64,000 nt of DNA from Candidatus Zixiibacteriota bacterium. Its GTDB lineage: Bacteria; Zixibacteria; MSB-5A5; GN15; JAAZOE01. The notes under the pieces were generated by a model. The model saw only the letters and a list, made by a program, of their open reading frames with translations, was not told the DNA's origin and searched no databases. The DNA is taken from positions 96,001-160,000 of the forward strand of contig JBDREQ010000003.1 of the NCBI GenBank assembly GCA_043819555.1. The letters run 5' to 3'. Shown here piece by piece: positions 9,212 to 19,165 of the stretch (the first letter of the stretch is position 1; each line of letters starts with the position of its first letter). The position numbers and the translations under genes are program-made.

Positions 9212-10832
9212 TCTCACCACCCTCCTTTCCGTTATTAACAAATTCATCTCCACGCAAATCGGTCGTGCGATTCTTTTCGCCTGTCATCACGAGGGCGTTG
9301 CCGACCAGTTCGTGCACTGCTCCAACCTGAACTTCCGGCACCCAGTATTCCATCAAAGGAGCCAGAGTTGCCTTATCAATAGCGCATATGCACGAGAGTA
9401 GGTTAACGCCGTGTTTTTCATGAACATATTTGACGGCATTGGCGCGGGGCAATCCGCCCCGCATCCGCATCTCTATATTTTCATCGGTTCCAATGCCGGA
9501 ACCGCTGCCGCAGCAGAATGTCTGCTCACGAATGGTATTTTCCGGCATTTCATAAAAATGATTACAGACGTTATTGAGAATATATCGCGGCTCGTCCAAA
9601 AGACCCATCGCCCGCGCCGGATTGCACGAATCGTGATAAGTTACTTTCCACTGATCGTTGCGGCTGGGATTGAGTTTAATCTTATTGTGTTTGATCAAAT
9701 CCGCAGTAAATTCGCAGATGTGAACCATTTTGGTGGTTTTGGCGTTTTCGAAAACCGTTCCGGTAATCGGCGAACGCGGTACTTCAAGAAAATCCGCCGG
9801 GCCGTTCATCGTATCCATATATTGATGGAGAACACGCCACATATGACCGCATTCTGCGCCTATAATCCACTTCACGCCAAGACGTTTTGCTTCGGCATAT
9901 ATTTTCGCGTTTAACCGCTTCATCATTTCATTGGAATGAAAAAGACCGAAGTTCCCCCCCTCGGACGCGAAGGCGCTGAGAGTATAATCGAGTCCGATCT
10001 CATGAAACAACGTCAGGTAACCCATGAATCCAAAATAGTGCGGATCACCGAAGTAATCGGCTGAGGGAACAACGAAAAGGATTTCGGCGCCTTTCTTATT
10101 TATCGGTGCGTTAACGCGGATTCCTGTGTTTTCTTCGATATCATCAATGGCAAAATCGACGCTGTCTTTAAAACCATGCGGCTGAATCCCAAGGTGGTTA
10201 CCGGTCCGGAAACAATTTGCGGCGGGGGTTGAAATCCAGTCGATATCAAGTCCCAAAAGATTCAATAGCTCCCGGCCAATCATTGTTATCTCGGCCGTGT
10301 CAATTCCATAAGGGCAGAAGACCGAACAACGCCGGCATTCCGTACATTGATAGAAATAGAAAAACCATTCCTTAATAACATCGACCGTCAGTTCTCGTCC
10401 GCCGCCGAGTCTTCCCAATATTTTCCCGGCCGCGGTAAAATCGTTGCGATAAATCGACCGCAATAATTCCGCTCGCAAAACCGGCATATTCTTAGGATCG
10501 CCGGAGCCAATATAGAAATGGCACTTATCAGCGCACGCTCCGCAGCGGACGCATATATCCATAAAAACCTGCAGCGACCGAAATCGTTTGAGACGATCGG
10601 CAAGGCCTTTTATAATAATTTCTTTCCAGTTTTCCGGAAGCTGCCAGTCATCATTCATCGGTTGCCATTTGCGAACGTTGGGCAATCCCAAATATCCCGT
10701 ACTTGACGGCTGAGCGCCATAATTGAAACACCCTCTTTTTATTTCCGTCTTTTCATCGCGCCAATCACCGCCGGGAATGGAATATTTGATGCCTTTAGCC
10801 AGCTCTTCCGGTTTTATCAATTTTTCCGCCAT
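9204..10832 (-). CDS. dsrK: DsrK, HdrD-like catalytic subunit
   Basis: CVRCGACADKCH, CTECRRCSVFCP, ECGH, HDSC, CCGSGSG (CCG domain). Confidence 0.96.
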   Translation of the reverse strand: MAEKLIKPEELAKGIKYSIPGGDWRDEKTEIKRGCFNYGAQPSSTGYLGLPNVRKWQPMNDDWQLPENWKEIIIKGLADRLKRFRSLQVFMDICVRCGACADKCHFYIGSGDPKNMPVLRAELLRSIYRNDFTAAGKILGRLGGGRELTVDVIKEWFFYFYQCTECRRCSVFCPYGIDTAEITMIGRELLNLLGLDIDWISTPAANCFRTGNHLGIQPHGFKDSVDFAIDDIEENTGIRVNAPINKKGAEILFVVPSADYFGDPHYFGFMGYLTLFHEIGLDYTLSAFASEGGNFGLFHSNEMMKRLNAKIYAEAKRLGVKWIIGAECGHMWRVLHQYMDTMNGPADFLEVPRSPITGTVFENAKTTKMVHICEFTADLIKHNKIKLNPSRNDQWKVTYHDSCNPARAMGLLDEPRYILNNVCNHFYEMPENTIREQTFCCGSGSGIGTDENIEMRMRGGLPRANAVKYVHEKHGVNLLSCICAIDKATLAPLMEYWVPEVQVGAVHELVGNALVMTGEKNRTTDLRGDEFVNNGKEGGENV

Positions 10833-10834
10833 AT

Positions 10835-11827
10835 TCACTCCTTATCCAGAGGCATATTGGCATCCCTCATGACTTCCCGGAACTCATCTTCCCACTCCTC
10901 GTAGGTATGAGTTTTAACTTTGGGATTCCAGGGATTAATATGCCGTTTGGCGCGATTGTTGTTAGCCAGGTTGCGGGTTGGACTAAAGAATACTCCGGCA
11001 AAATGCATCAGTTTGGAATAGGGGAAATAGGCCAATAGAATACAGACGAGGAACAGATGGATATAAAATACCGAGCCAATCCCATCTGGAACAACCGGAT
11101 TAAATGTTAAAAGTCCGGTGACCATCTGCTTGACATAGACTATATCAATCTTGTAAAAGTGTCTCATGCAAATTCCGCTGGTCGCTATCGAGAAAATCAG
11201 ATAAAGCGGAAAATAATCGGCTGGGAGCGAAATATACCTCACCTGAGGAATCATCACCCGGCGCAAAAACAGGAATATTACGGCGCCGACCATGATTAGA
11301 CTAGTCAGATATAATTCCGGAACGCCGATTTGGAAAAATCCATCAAGAGCCTGAATCGGTTCTACAAAAATCGGCGCGGGTTCGGTAAAGAACCGAAAGT
11401 GTCTCAAAATGATTATTAAAAAACTGTAATGAAACGCCAGTCCCGCGGCCCAGAGCCATTTATCCGAGCCGTAAACAAGATTCTTACCTTCATGTATTTC
11501 GGTTTTAGTGTTGCGGAAAAGCGACCGAAAGAAAAACACTTCCGCGAACATTCGTGCCACGACCTGCCAGAAAGTGAATGGCGCCTCGAGTTTATTATGA
11601 TTTATCCACGGCAGTGATTTCTGTTGACCGCAGGTTGTGGGAATACGAAATGGAACTGGAGCCCCGGCCCATTTCAATACTCGCGTGATCACGCCGAGCA
11701 CAAACACGGCAATCGATGTATAGGGTATTATCACCCCGAATAAATACTGCCAGTTTAAGATACCGGCTCCGACAAATACTGCCGCTATCAGAAATATGAC
11801 TATAAAAAGTGAGCTCAAAACATGCAT
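10835..11827 (-). CDS. dsrM: DsrM, NarI-like cytochrome b
   Basis: PFRIPTTCGQQKSL, FRSLFRN, YFPYSKLMH, SPTRN. Confidence 0.95.
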   Translation of the reverse strand: MHVLSSLFIVIFLIAAVFVGAGILNWQYLFGVIIPYTSIAVFVLGVITRVLKWAGAPVPFRIPTTCGQQKSLPWINHNKLEAPFTFWQVVARMFAEVFFFRSLFRNTKTEIHEGKNLVYGSDKWLWAAGLAFHYSFLIIILRHFRFFTEPAPIFVEPIQALDGFFQIGVPELYLTSLIMVGAVIFLFLRRVMIPQVRYISLPADYFPLYLIFSIATSGICMRHFYKIDIVYVKQMVTGLLTFNPVVPDGIGSVFYIHLFLVCILLAYFPYSKLMHFAGVFFSPTRNLANNNRAKRHINPWNPKVKTHTYEEWEDEFREVMRDANMPLDKE

Positions 11828-11889
11828 AGGCGACAGCCTCCCTTCCCATGATTTACCGTTAGTTTTGATGCTGTCATAAACGTTGCTTT

Positions 11890-12408
11890 CTATTTAATCC
11901 CGTTTTGCTTGTTGATTTTTCGAATAGCCATTATTCCGGCATTGCTTTTTAATTGGGCGTACTTAAGGTTATATATCTTTTCCCGACATTGTGAATAACT
12001 ATCAAACGCCAATAGCGCTGTCCGATCAATATCGGATTCAATTTCCAAATACTCCTGAAAAACCTTGTCGTTCGGATTCTGCTTTGATAACTCTTCGAGT
12101 ATTGCCATTTTAAGAAAGAATATAAATCCTGCCGCCTCCGCCGCAGAAAAATCCTGAACAGCTCTGATTTTATTGATGTTTTCACAGGATTGATAAATCT
12201 CGTCCCAGTTTGGAGAGCCAATCAGATTGTCATAAATATTGGCAATTTCGTGGTTGATCGTCGCGCCAACCGGGTTGGCAAATTTATTCTGTTCCTGAAA
12301 AAAGAAATTCGCACCGTCAGGCGGGTAAGTTTTCGCAATCTCCGAAAACCATCTTTTGAGTATCGCCGCTCTCTTTTTTTTCAAAAGAGTTTTTAGCATT
12401 TCGACCAA
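11890..12408 (-). CDS. dsrT: DsrT (RsbRD N-terminal-domain protein)
   Basis: TYP...FANPVG, IRAVQDFS, AFDSYSQCREKIY; immediately upstream of dsrM. Confidence 0.9.
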   Translation of the reverse strand: MVEMLKTLLKKKRAAILKRWFSEIAKTYPPDGANFFFQEQNKFANPVGATINHEIANIYDNLIGSPNWDEIYQSCENINKIRAVQDFSAAEAAGFIFFLKMAILEELSKQNPNDKVFQEYLEIESDIDRTALLAFDSYSQCREKIYNLKYAQLKSNAGIMAIRKINKQNGIK

Positions 12409-12440
12409 TCACCGCAAAGGGTTTTTAGAAAACGCTGAGT

Positions 12441-12492
12441 AAAAAAAATTCGGGGGCATCGTAAAAAATCAAAGCGATGATGTCCCCCGAAT
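12441..12492 (-). terminator. Probable intrinsic terminator after dsrC
   Basis: TTCGGGGG...CCCCCGAA stem followed on the minus strand by T8. Confidence 0.65.
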
Positions 12493-12505
12493 AAGTCAGC
12501 AATAT

Positions 12506-12823
12506 TTACACACAACCGGTCGGTTTGGCCAAACCCGCCACTTTACAGGCGCCCTTGGCTGGCCCCGATGGAAATAGCTCATATACTTTCTTCAACGGAA
12601 AACCGGTCTCTTTACATAGCTTCCGAATCATAGGAGCGATGCCGTATTTGGCATAATATTCACGAAGATAATGAACGAGTTTCCAGTGTTCTTCGGTAAG
12701 TTCCTCTACGCCTTCAGTGCTGGCCAGAGCGTATGCAACCTGCTCGTTCCACACTTCAGGCTCTTCCATAAATCCGTCTTCATCGACTTCAATTTTTACA
12801 TCTTTCCATTCAAATGTTGCCAT
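12506..12823 (-). CDS. dsrC: DsrC sulfur carrier
   Basis: VDEDGF, LFPSGPAKGACKVAGLAKPTGCV with both C-terminal Cys. Confidence 0.97.
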   Translation of the reverse strand: MATFEWKDVKIEVDEDGFMEEPEVWNEQVAYALASTEGVEELTEEHWKLVHYLREYYAKYGIAPMIRKLCKETGFPLKKVYELFPSGPAKGACKVAGLAKPTGCV

Positions 12824-12877
12824 TTTCTTGCCTCCGTTAAAATAAAATTACTCTATACTAATTCACGTTTATTCCAG

Positions 12878-14557
12878 TTAGTGCATTTCCAAATATCCGC
12901 ACGGGCAGTTTTCCGAGCATTTCTTACAGCCGTTGCAGTAATCAAGTTTGAATTTGTATTTTTCGCCCTTGACTAAAGGCTTAATAACGGCATTATCCTG
13001 GCACAAACTCCAGCAATTACCGCACTCAAAACATTCACCGCAGCTCATGCACCGCTTTGCCTCGCCGATCGCCTTTTCCTCGCTCCAGGTCTTGACTATT
13101 TCCGCATCTATACTTTGGAATCTTTCTTCAACCGGAATAGCATCGATACCGGTCCGTTCCAGCTTCTCATAAAACGGGAGATACATCTTTTCATACAAAA
13201 TTTTGGCTTGTTCCGGAGTCTCAACTTTTTCCCCGGTTATCGCCCCATGAATCGCCTCTGCGGCCAGACGGCCCTGTGCTATAGCCTGCACCGCCAGTCC
13301 CAAATTAATGTTGTCACCGCCGGAATAGGTATCATCGAGTTTGGTCTTGCAGTTATCATCTATCTTAATCCAGTCACGGCCTTCAATCAAAGCCTCAAAT
13401 CCGGTGAAATCCGGAGCCTGACTAATGGCGGCAATCAAAGTTGTAAATTCCAGTTCATAAGTGTCGCCTTCAATCGGGACTGGACGGCGACGACCAGAGC
13501 TATCCGGTTCGCCCAATTCCATCCGTTGACAGGTCATCGATTTGGCTGTTCCGTTATCAGATTGAATAGCGATTGGAGCCGCCAGATATACAATCTCAAC
13601 ACCCTCTTCCAACGCGCCTTCAATTTCCTCATCGATGGCCGGCATTTCTTCGCGCGTCCGACGATAGAGAATTGTCGCTTCCGCGCCCAAACGACGCGAA
13701 ACACGAGCGGCATCAATGGCCGTATCTCCGCCGCCTATAACCACAACTTTATTACCGATATCAACTTTTTCTTCCATATTGACCCGGCGTAGGAAATCTG
13801 TACCGGTCCAGACGTTTTCAGCATCTTCGCCGTCAACTCTGAGTTTCAAACCTTTATGGGCGCCGATACCGATAAAGATTGATTTATATTCTTTCCGCAG
13901 ATCATCCATGGAAATATCAAGACCGATTTTGGTGTTAAGCTTTAATTCCACTCCCAGATCGAGAATTCTCTGCATCTCGGCATCCAGAACAGACTGGGGA
14001 AGACGATAATCGGGAATGCCATAGCGAAGCATTCCGCCTGATTTGGGAAACGCTTCAAAAACCGTTACCGGATAACCGCGCCGCGCCAAATGATAAGCGC
14101 AGGTCATCCCGGCCGGGCCCGAACCGATGATGGCGATTTTCTCAGAACGTTTTACATCAGTCAACATTTTCGGAACCAGCTTTTTCTCTAAAGCAAAATC
14201 ACCCAAAAACCTTTCAAAACTGTTGACGCCGACCGGCGCTTCCAAAGCGGTTCGATTACAATCTGTTTCGCAGGGATGCGGACATACGCGGCCGCAGGTG
14301 GACAGGAAGGGGGTCGTCTCCAGAAAAATGTAAGCCGCTTCCTCTAAGGCCTGTTCATATGGTTTTTCCAAGGCTTTGGCCCGGGACACTGTCATCAATG
14401 CCTCGCGAATCCGGTTATGATTGGGGCAATTGCTGATGCATGGAGGAATCTTGGATATCTGTTTTGGCCGGAGCGGTGATGTTTCGACGCTTGATCCTCC
14501 GGATGAAAACGACCGACCCTTAATTCCTTTTTTCTTCGTTTTGACTATTTTAGCCAT
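12878..14557 (-). CDS. dsrL: DsrL NAD(P)H:acceptor oxidoreductase (DsrL-2 type)
   Basis: GltD-like: CGRVCPHPCETDCNR, GSGPAG, GGMLRYGIP, GGGDTAID, YRR; C-terminal RCMSCG and ferredoxin CNGCKKCSENCPCG; lies between dsrN and dsrC. Confidence 0.92.
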   Translation of the reverse strand: MAKIVKTKKKGIKGRSFSSGGSSVETSPLRPKQISKIPPCISNCPNHNRIREALMTVSRAKALEKPYEQALEEAAYIFLETTPFLSTCGRVCPHPCETDCNRTALEAPVGVNSFERFLGDFALEKKLVPKMLTDVKRSEKIAIIGSGPAGMTCAYHLARRGYPVTVFEAFPKSGGMLRYGIPDYRLPQSVLDAEMQRILDLGVELKLNTKIGLDISMDDLRKEYKSIFIGIGAHKGLKLRVDGEDAENVWTGTDFLRRVNMEEKVDIGNKVVVIGGGDTAIDAARVSRRLGAEATILYRRTREEMPAIDEEIEGALEEGVEIVYLAAPIAIQSDNGTAKSMTCQRMELGEPDSSGRRRPVPIEGDTYELEFTTLIAAISQAPDFTGFEALIEGRDWIKIDDNCKTKLDDTYSGGDNINLGLAVQAIAQGRLAAEAIHGAITGEKVETPEQAKILYEKMYLPFYEKLERTGIDAIPVEERFQSIDAEIVKTWSEEKAIGEAKRCMSCGECFECGNCWSLCQDNAVIKPLVKGEKYKFKLDYCNGCKKCSENCPCGYLEMH

Positions 14558-14634
14558 GTTGAACTCTCTTGTTGAATATTATAGTATTTTTTGTCTTTAT
14601 ATCGACCGACAAAAAAATGCGATTTCCTTTACGT

Positions 14635-16065
14635 TTATGCGCACATGGCGCAATTCCGGCTCGTCCCCAAACTACCTCGGTCATTCTTTGATTTCCGAGA
14701 GTAATCACGGGCACGGGCAATAAATTCACCGGCCCATACAGGAACGCCATCAGCATGAATATGCGAATAGCACGCCAGACAATTTCTATATAATAAACCG
14801 TCGCGCCCATTACCCAAACCGACGCCACGGCTAAGATTCAAACAACTATTGACCTCGGAGCAACCCGAACTTACACCCGAATAATGAAACTCATGTCCCC
14901 GAATGGTTTTATCGACAGGGAAGAAGGGATTAGGTTTTTCGACCTTGAATTCCGTGTAGCCGTGCCCGACCGGTTTGACTTTCATCTCCAAATCAATCGG
15001 AAAAATTCCGGACATTAAATGCGTGTCATCATCCCATTTAATCGAGTGGCACAGATAGATCAAGCCACCGCATTCGGCATAAATCGGCATATAATTCTCA
15101 ACCGCCGATTTCACCGACTCCATCAGCGAATGATTCTGACATAACTTATCAGCCTGGGTTTCGGGAAACCCACCGCCGATATATAGCCCGTCGATATCAG
15201 GCAGAGTCAAATCAGCCAGTGATGAAATCGGAATTAGGTCGGCTCCATGACTTTCCAGAGCCTCCAGATTTTCAGGATAGTAAAAAGTAAAGACCGAATC
15301 GCTGAAATATCCAATCCGAATATTCTGCCGAGGCGATTCGGGATGTTCGTCTTCAATGATTTTCATTGGTGGTGCGGATTTAGCGATCTTGATGAGTTTA
15401 TCAATATCAATGTTTTTCTCGGCAATTTCGGATAATTTCGAGGCTACTTCAGTCCGTGACATGAATTCCGCAGGAGGAATAAGCCCCAGATGCCGTCCCG
15501 GTATCAACTTTGAGTCATCGCCTAATTTGGGGATAACGCCAAGAATCGGAATGTCACAATATTTCTCTATAGTATCTTTGATAATCTTTTCATGGCGGGA
15601 TCCGGCGATTCTATTGAGAATAACCCCGGCAATATTGACATTGCCGTCAAAAACCTGACAACCTTTAATTAAAGCGGCCAGAGTCCGGGTAGTTTTCGTT
15701 GCATTTACAACCAGTACCAGCGGAGCCTGCAATAATTTGGCAAGCTCCGCGGTACTGTGAGATCCTATAACGTTCTTTCCGTCGAAGAGGCCGCGATTTC
15801 CTTCAATAATGGATAAATCATACCGCTGCGCAAACCGCCCAAATGATCTTGCGACATTTTCAGGTTTGACCATCCAGGTATCAAGATTACGGCAAGGAAC
15901 CCCAGCGCAATTTGATAACCAGGCAGAATCAATATAATCGGGGCCCTTTTTAAAAGGAGCAACAGTCAGCCCTCTTAATCGAGCGGCCGTTATGACACCC
16001 AGGCTGACTATCGTTTTACCCGAATCGCCGGAAAAACCGGCGATTATTAAACGTGCGGCATTCAT
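14635..16065 (-). CDS. dsrN: DsrN, cobyrinate a,c-diamide synthase-like siroheme amidase
   Basis: GDSGKT, FKKGPDYID, EGNRGLFD, YAECGG, GHEFHYS; directly after dsrD. Confidence 0.92.
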   Translation of the reverse strand: MNAARLIIAGFSGDSGKTIVSLGVITAARLRGLTVAPFKKGPDYIDSAWLSNCAGVPCRNLDTWMVKPENVARSFGRFAQRYDLSIIEGNRGLFDGKNVIGSHSTAELAKLLQAPLVLVVNATKTTRTLAALIKGCQVFDGNVNIAGVILNRIAGSRHEKIIKDTIEKYCDIPILGVIPKLGDDSKLIPGRHLGLIPPAEFMSRTEVASKLSEIAEKNIDIDKLIKIAKSAPPMKIIEDEHPESPRQNIRIGYFSDSVFTFYYPENLEALESHGADLIPISSLADLTLPDIDGLYIGGGFPETQADKLCQNHSLMESVKSAVENYMPIYAECGGLIYLCHSIKWDDDTHLMSGIFPIDLEMKVKPVGHGYTEFKVEKPNPFFPVDKTIRGHEFHYSGVSSGCSEVNSCLNLSRGVGLGNGRDGLLYRNCLACYSHIHADGVPVWAGEFIARARDYSRKSKNDRGSLGTSRNCAMCA

Positions 16066-16094
16066 ACCCTTAGTTCCCTACCCAGATAAGGGAA

Positions 16095-16340
16095 TCAGTC
16101 GTTTGCGGCGCCTTCCCGGTGAGGAAGCTCTAAAAAACTGCCACCAAAATACGTATAAACGCACTTGCCTGAATTGACAAGTTCTTTGATAGCTGCTTTA
16201 CACAGCTTCTTATCAACCTCATCGCTATAAATTTCGGTCATGGCTTTACTCAGGTCTCCCGGTTTCAATTTCTTGATGCCTTGTGCCTCAGTGACCATTT
16301 TAAGCATGGCATCTGCAATTTCTTCAACGGTTTTCGCCAT
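16095..16340 (-). CDS. dsrD: DsrD
   Basis: About 81-aa protein directly after dsrB; KAAIKELVNSGKCVYTYFGGSF winged-helix-like C-terminus. Confidence 0.88.
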   Translation of the reverse strand: MAKTVEEIADAMLKMVTEAQGIKKLKPGDLSKAMTEIYSDEVDKKLCKAAIKELVNSGKCVYTYFGGSFLELPHREGAAND

Positions 16341-16349
16341 GTTCAAACC

Positions 16350-17420
16350 TCAATATGTTAAATGTGTAGAACGCTTATAAGTTAAACCGGCGTGCTTGAA
16401 GTCATCGATGTGCACTTTTTGGAACTCGATGCCGGACATACGGAAGAATTTCGGCCATCCGATTCGTTCGATCCACTCGCCCATGCGTTCATACTTATTG
16501 GCATTGGCCGCCCACAGTTCAACAATTTTCCTGATGGCATCGGTAACTTCCGGCCAACGCGGTGGATTGTTGGGCAGGAATGGGATAGCCAGTTTTGAGA
16601 ACATCGGTTCGTGGCGGGCATTAGAAACCTTGCCGCCAAGCCAAATCGAAACACCATCGTTGAGCGGGTCATTCATCGGCATTGCCGGACAAACTGTGTA
16701 ACAGTTGGCACAAAACATACAACGGTCTTCAATTACCTCAACCGAAGGATTTCCGTCAACCGTTGCCGGACGAATCGCCGCCGTCGGGCAGGAAGCGCTA
16801 ACACTTGGGATTTCACACATCTTTTTCACTTTGGTATGATCAATTTTCGGTGGACGACGGTGAATTCCAAGAATCGCGATATCCGAACAATGTACCGCGC
16901 CGCACATATTCAAACAGCAGGCCAGAGCAATGCGCAGCTTGCCGGGGAGTTTCATGTTTTCGAAGTACTCATGCAGATCATCCATCACAGCCTTGACAAT
17001 GCCTGAAGCATCAGTAGCCGCCGAGTGACAGTGCACCCAACCCTGAGTATGAACGATACTGGAAATGGAGTTGCCAATTCCGCCAACCAAGTGTCCCAGA
17101 GCCTTAACGTCGGCTATCAAAGGATCAATATTACCTTCCTTGGTCAAAAGGAATTCAACATTATGACGACTGGTGAAACGAAGAAAACCATCGCAATATT
17201 TCTCTGCCAAATCAGCATATTTGCGAATCTTATCGGTGCTGATCAAACGAGGTGAAGCGACACGGACACTAAACAATTTGTCGCCCGTCTCAGAAACATG
17301 TACCATAACGCCCGGCTTCAAAACTTCATGATAAAGCCATTTGCCGTAGTTTTCCTTAATAATCGGCGGCAAGAACTTATCATATTTTGGCGGGCCAATA
17401 TCTGTTAATCTTTCAGCCAT
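16350..17420 (-). CDS. dsrB: Dissimilatory sulfite reductase beta subunit
   Basis: [57 protein letters not shown]. Confidence 0.98.
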   Translation of the reverse strand: MAERLTDIGPPKYDKFLPPIIKENYGKWLYHEVLKPGVMVHVSETGDKLFSVRVASPRLISTDKIRKYADLAEKYCDGFLRFTSRHNVEFLLTKEGNIDPLIADVKALGHLVGGIGNSISSIVHTQGWVHCHSAATDASGIVKAVMDDLHEYFENMKLPGKLRIALACCLNMCGAVHCSDIAILGIHRRPPKIDHTKVKKMCEIPSVSASCPTAAIRPATVDGNPSVEVIEDRCMFCANCYTVCPAMPMNDPLNDGVSIWLGGKVSNARHEPMFSKLAIPFLPNNPPRWPEVTDAIRKIVELWAANANKYERMGEWIERIGWPKFFRMSGIEFQKVHIDDFKHAGLTYKRSTHLTY

Positions 17421-17478
17421 TTTTCAAAACCTCTATATTAGAAAGGTTAAAGTCTTGTTTACGTGGAGCGAAAATCAA

Positions 17479-18687
17479 TTATTCCTCACCCTCATCACCA
17501 TCATCTTCTTCAAAGTACTCTTCATAGAAGACATATGGATTTTCGCGCGGATGAGCGACCATTTCCGGAACCGGCTCGAGTCCGATTTCCTCAAGGAAAT
17601 TGCCCAAACCAACACGCTGGATGAATTCACCAATCCGCTCACGAGCTTTACCTTCTTCACACCATAGGTCGTGCATGGTTTCAACCAGGTCTTTTAAGTC
17701 GGTGTAAGGCGGTTCAGGTTTCCAGAACGGAATTAATACTGACGACAATAAAGCGCCTTCGACAATCGGCGCTTTCGAACCAAGCAGGACACAGGCGCCG
17801 CGATCTTTTCCGGGACGCAGGGCTTTGGGCATGGCGTTGATGCAATGCATACATTTGACACAGTACTCGTCTTGAATCTTCAGCTCTTTGCCATCCCAAT
17901 CCATACACTTTCCGGGACAATTAGCGACAACATCCCGCTGAATATTCATCCCGGCATCGGCATACTTCTTAACCTCTTCCTTGTTCATCTGGATGGCATC
18001 GCGCCAGGTGCCAATGATGGACATGTCGGCGCGGGCAATCGAAGCCACACAGTCATTAGGACAACCGGACATCTTGAACTTGAATTTGTACGGAAACGCC
18101 GGACGGTGAAGCTCATCCTGATAATGCATGGTCAAGTCATAAGTTAAAGCCAATGTGTCATAGCAAGCCCACTCGCAGCGAGCCGGGCCGCAACAGCAGC
18201 TTGGGGTACGAACGTCGGAACCGGATCCGCCAAGGTCAAATCCGGCCTTGGTCAAATCCTCAAAAACCGGCTCCAATGCTTCCGTGCGGCATCCCAGGAA
18301 TACGATGTCGCCGGTCGAACCATGCATATTGGTCAAACCGGAACCATGTTTGTCCCAGATATCGCAAAGCGTACGCAGAGCATCTGCGGTGTAGAACCAG
18401 CCGGATGGCTGATTAACTCGAATTGTGTGGAAATGAGAAATGCCTGGAAATTGCTCCGGCACGTCGGAATAACGGCCGATTACGCCGCCGCCATATCCCA
18501 TAACGCCGACGATTCCGCCATGTTTCCAGTGGCCGATTTTCTCATTGTAGGACAGTTCTAAAACTCCGAGTAAGTCGCGGGCCATAGGGCTGTTTTTGGC
18601 AGCCGTCTTAATTTCTTTTACAAAACTAGGCCACGCCCCCTTCTCGAGTTCGTCCAATTTTGGGGTGTTGGGGATTTGATCCGCCAT
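17479..18687 (-). CDS. dsrA: Dissimilatory sulfite reductase alpha subunit
   Basis: [53 protein letters not shown]. Confidence 0.98.
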   Translation of the reverse strand: MADQIPNTPKLDELEKGAWPSFVKEIKTAAKNSPMARDLLGVLELSYNEKIGHWKHGGIVGVMGYGGGVIGRYSDVPEQFPGISHFHTIRVNQPSGWFYTADALRTLCDIWDKHGSGLTNMHGSTGDIVFLGCRTEALEPVFEDLTKAGFDLGGSGSDVRTPSCCCGPARCEWACYDTLALTYDLTMHYQDELHRPAFPYKFKFKMSGCPNDCVASIARADMSIIGTWRDAIQMNKEEVKKYADAGMNIQRDVVANCPGKCMDWDGKELKIQDEYCVKCMHCINAMPKALRPGKDRGACVLLGSKAPIVEGALLSSVLIPFWKPEPPYTDLKDLVETMHDLWCEEGKARERIGEFIQRVGLGNFLEEIGLEPVPEMVAHPRENPYVFYEEYFEEDDGDEGEE

Positions 18688-18767
18688 TATGACTCCTTAT
18701 CTACTTGTGTTATTGGACTGTATAAAAAAGTTTCTATTTTCCACCCATAGTTTCTATAAATCCGAGA

Positions 18768-18785
18768 TTGTGCTTTTTTTCACAA
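18768..18785. promoter_or_regulatory. Rex-type operator in the dsrA leader
   Basis: TTGTGCTTTTTTTCACAA compared with consensus TTGTGAAnnnnTTCACAA. Confidence 0.6.
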
Positions 18786-18847
18786 TATCGAACATTTTTA
18801 CCCGAAACAGGACCAAAAAAATGAAAATCCGCTTTTCTTCTTCAAAC

Positions 18848-18877
18848 AATATAACCCAAATCCAGCGGCCAAGTCAA
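18848..18877 (-). promoter_or_regulatory. Putative sigma70 promoter of the dsrA operon
   Basis: Minus strand TTGACT-18nt-TATATT in an AT-rich intergenic region. Confidence 0.45.
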
Positions 18878-18884
18878 GCAGATT

Positions 18885-18902
18885 TTGTGAAAAATTTCAT
18901 TA
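18885..18902. promoter_or_regulatory. Second, weaker Rex-type operator next to the putative -35
   Basis: TTGTGAAAAATTTCATTA. Confidence 0.45.
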
Positions 18903-19096
18903 TCTTTAAAAGTGAACCAACGTTTGAAATTATAATATTTTTTGTTGAAAAGTTATTGTAACACATTATTATTCTGTGATTTATAAATAATACGACAGTT
19001 TTTAGCCATCTTATATGAAAGTCCTGAATCCCCGTCTAAAATCAAAAAGATGGTATGATTATCTATTCTCCGTAAATCATCGTAAAACCGGATAAC

Positions 19097-19130
19097 AAAA
19101 TCACCCTCCGAAAAATATTCGGAGGGTGAT
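19097..19130 (-). terminator. Intrinsic terminator after qmoB
   Basis: ATCACCCTCCGAA-aaata-TTCGGAGGGTGAT perfect stem, followed by TTTT on the minus strand. Confidence 0.75.
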
Positions 19131-19165
19131 AAGAAATACGGTTATTTTTAGTCCTATTTTGCCAA

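Noticed and set aside
12878..14557. Glutamate synthase small subunit (gltD)
   Set aside because: The C-terminal ferredoxin domain and the position between dsrN and dsrC indicate DsrL; no gltB is present.
14635..16065. Cobalamin synthesis cbiA/cobB
   Set aside because: It lies within the dsr operon with no other cbi genes, so DsrN is the better call.
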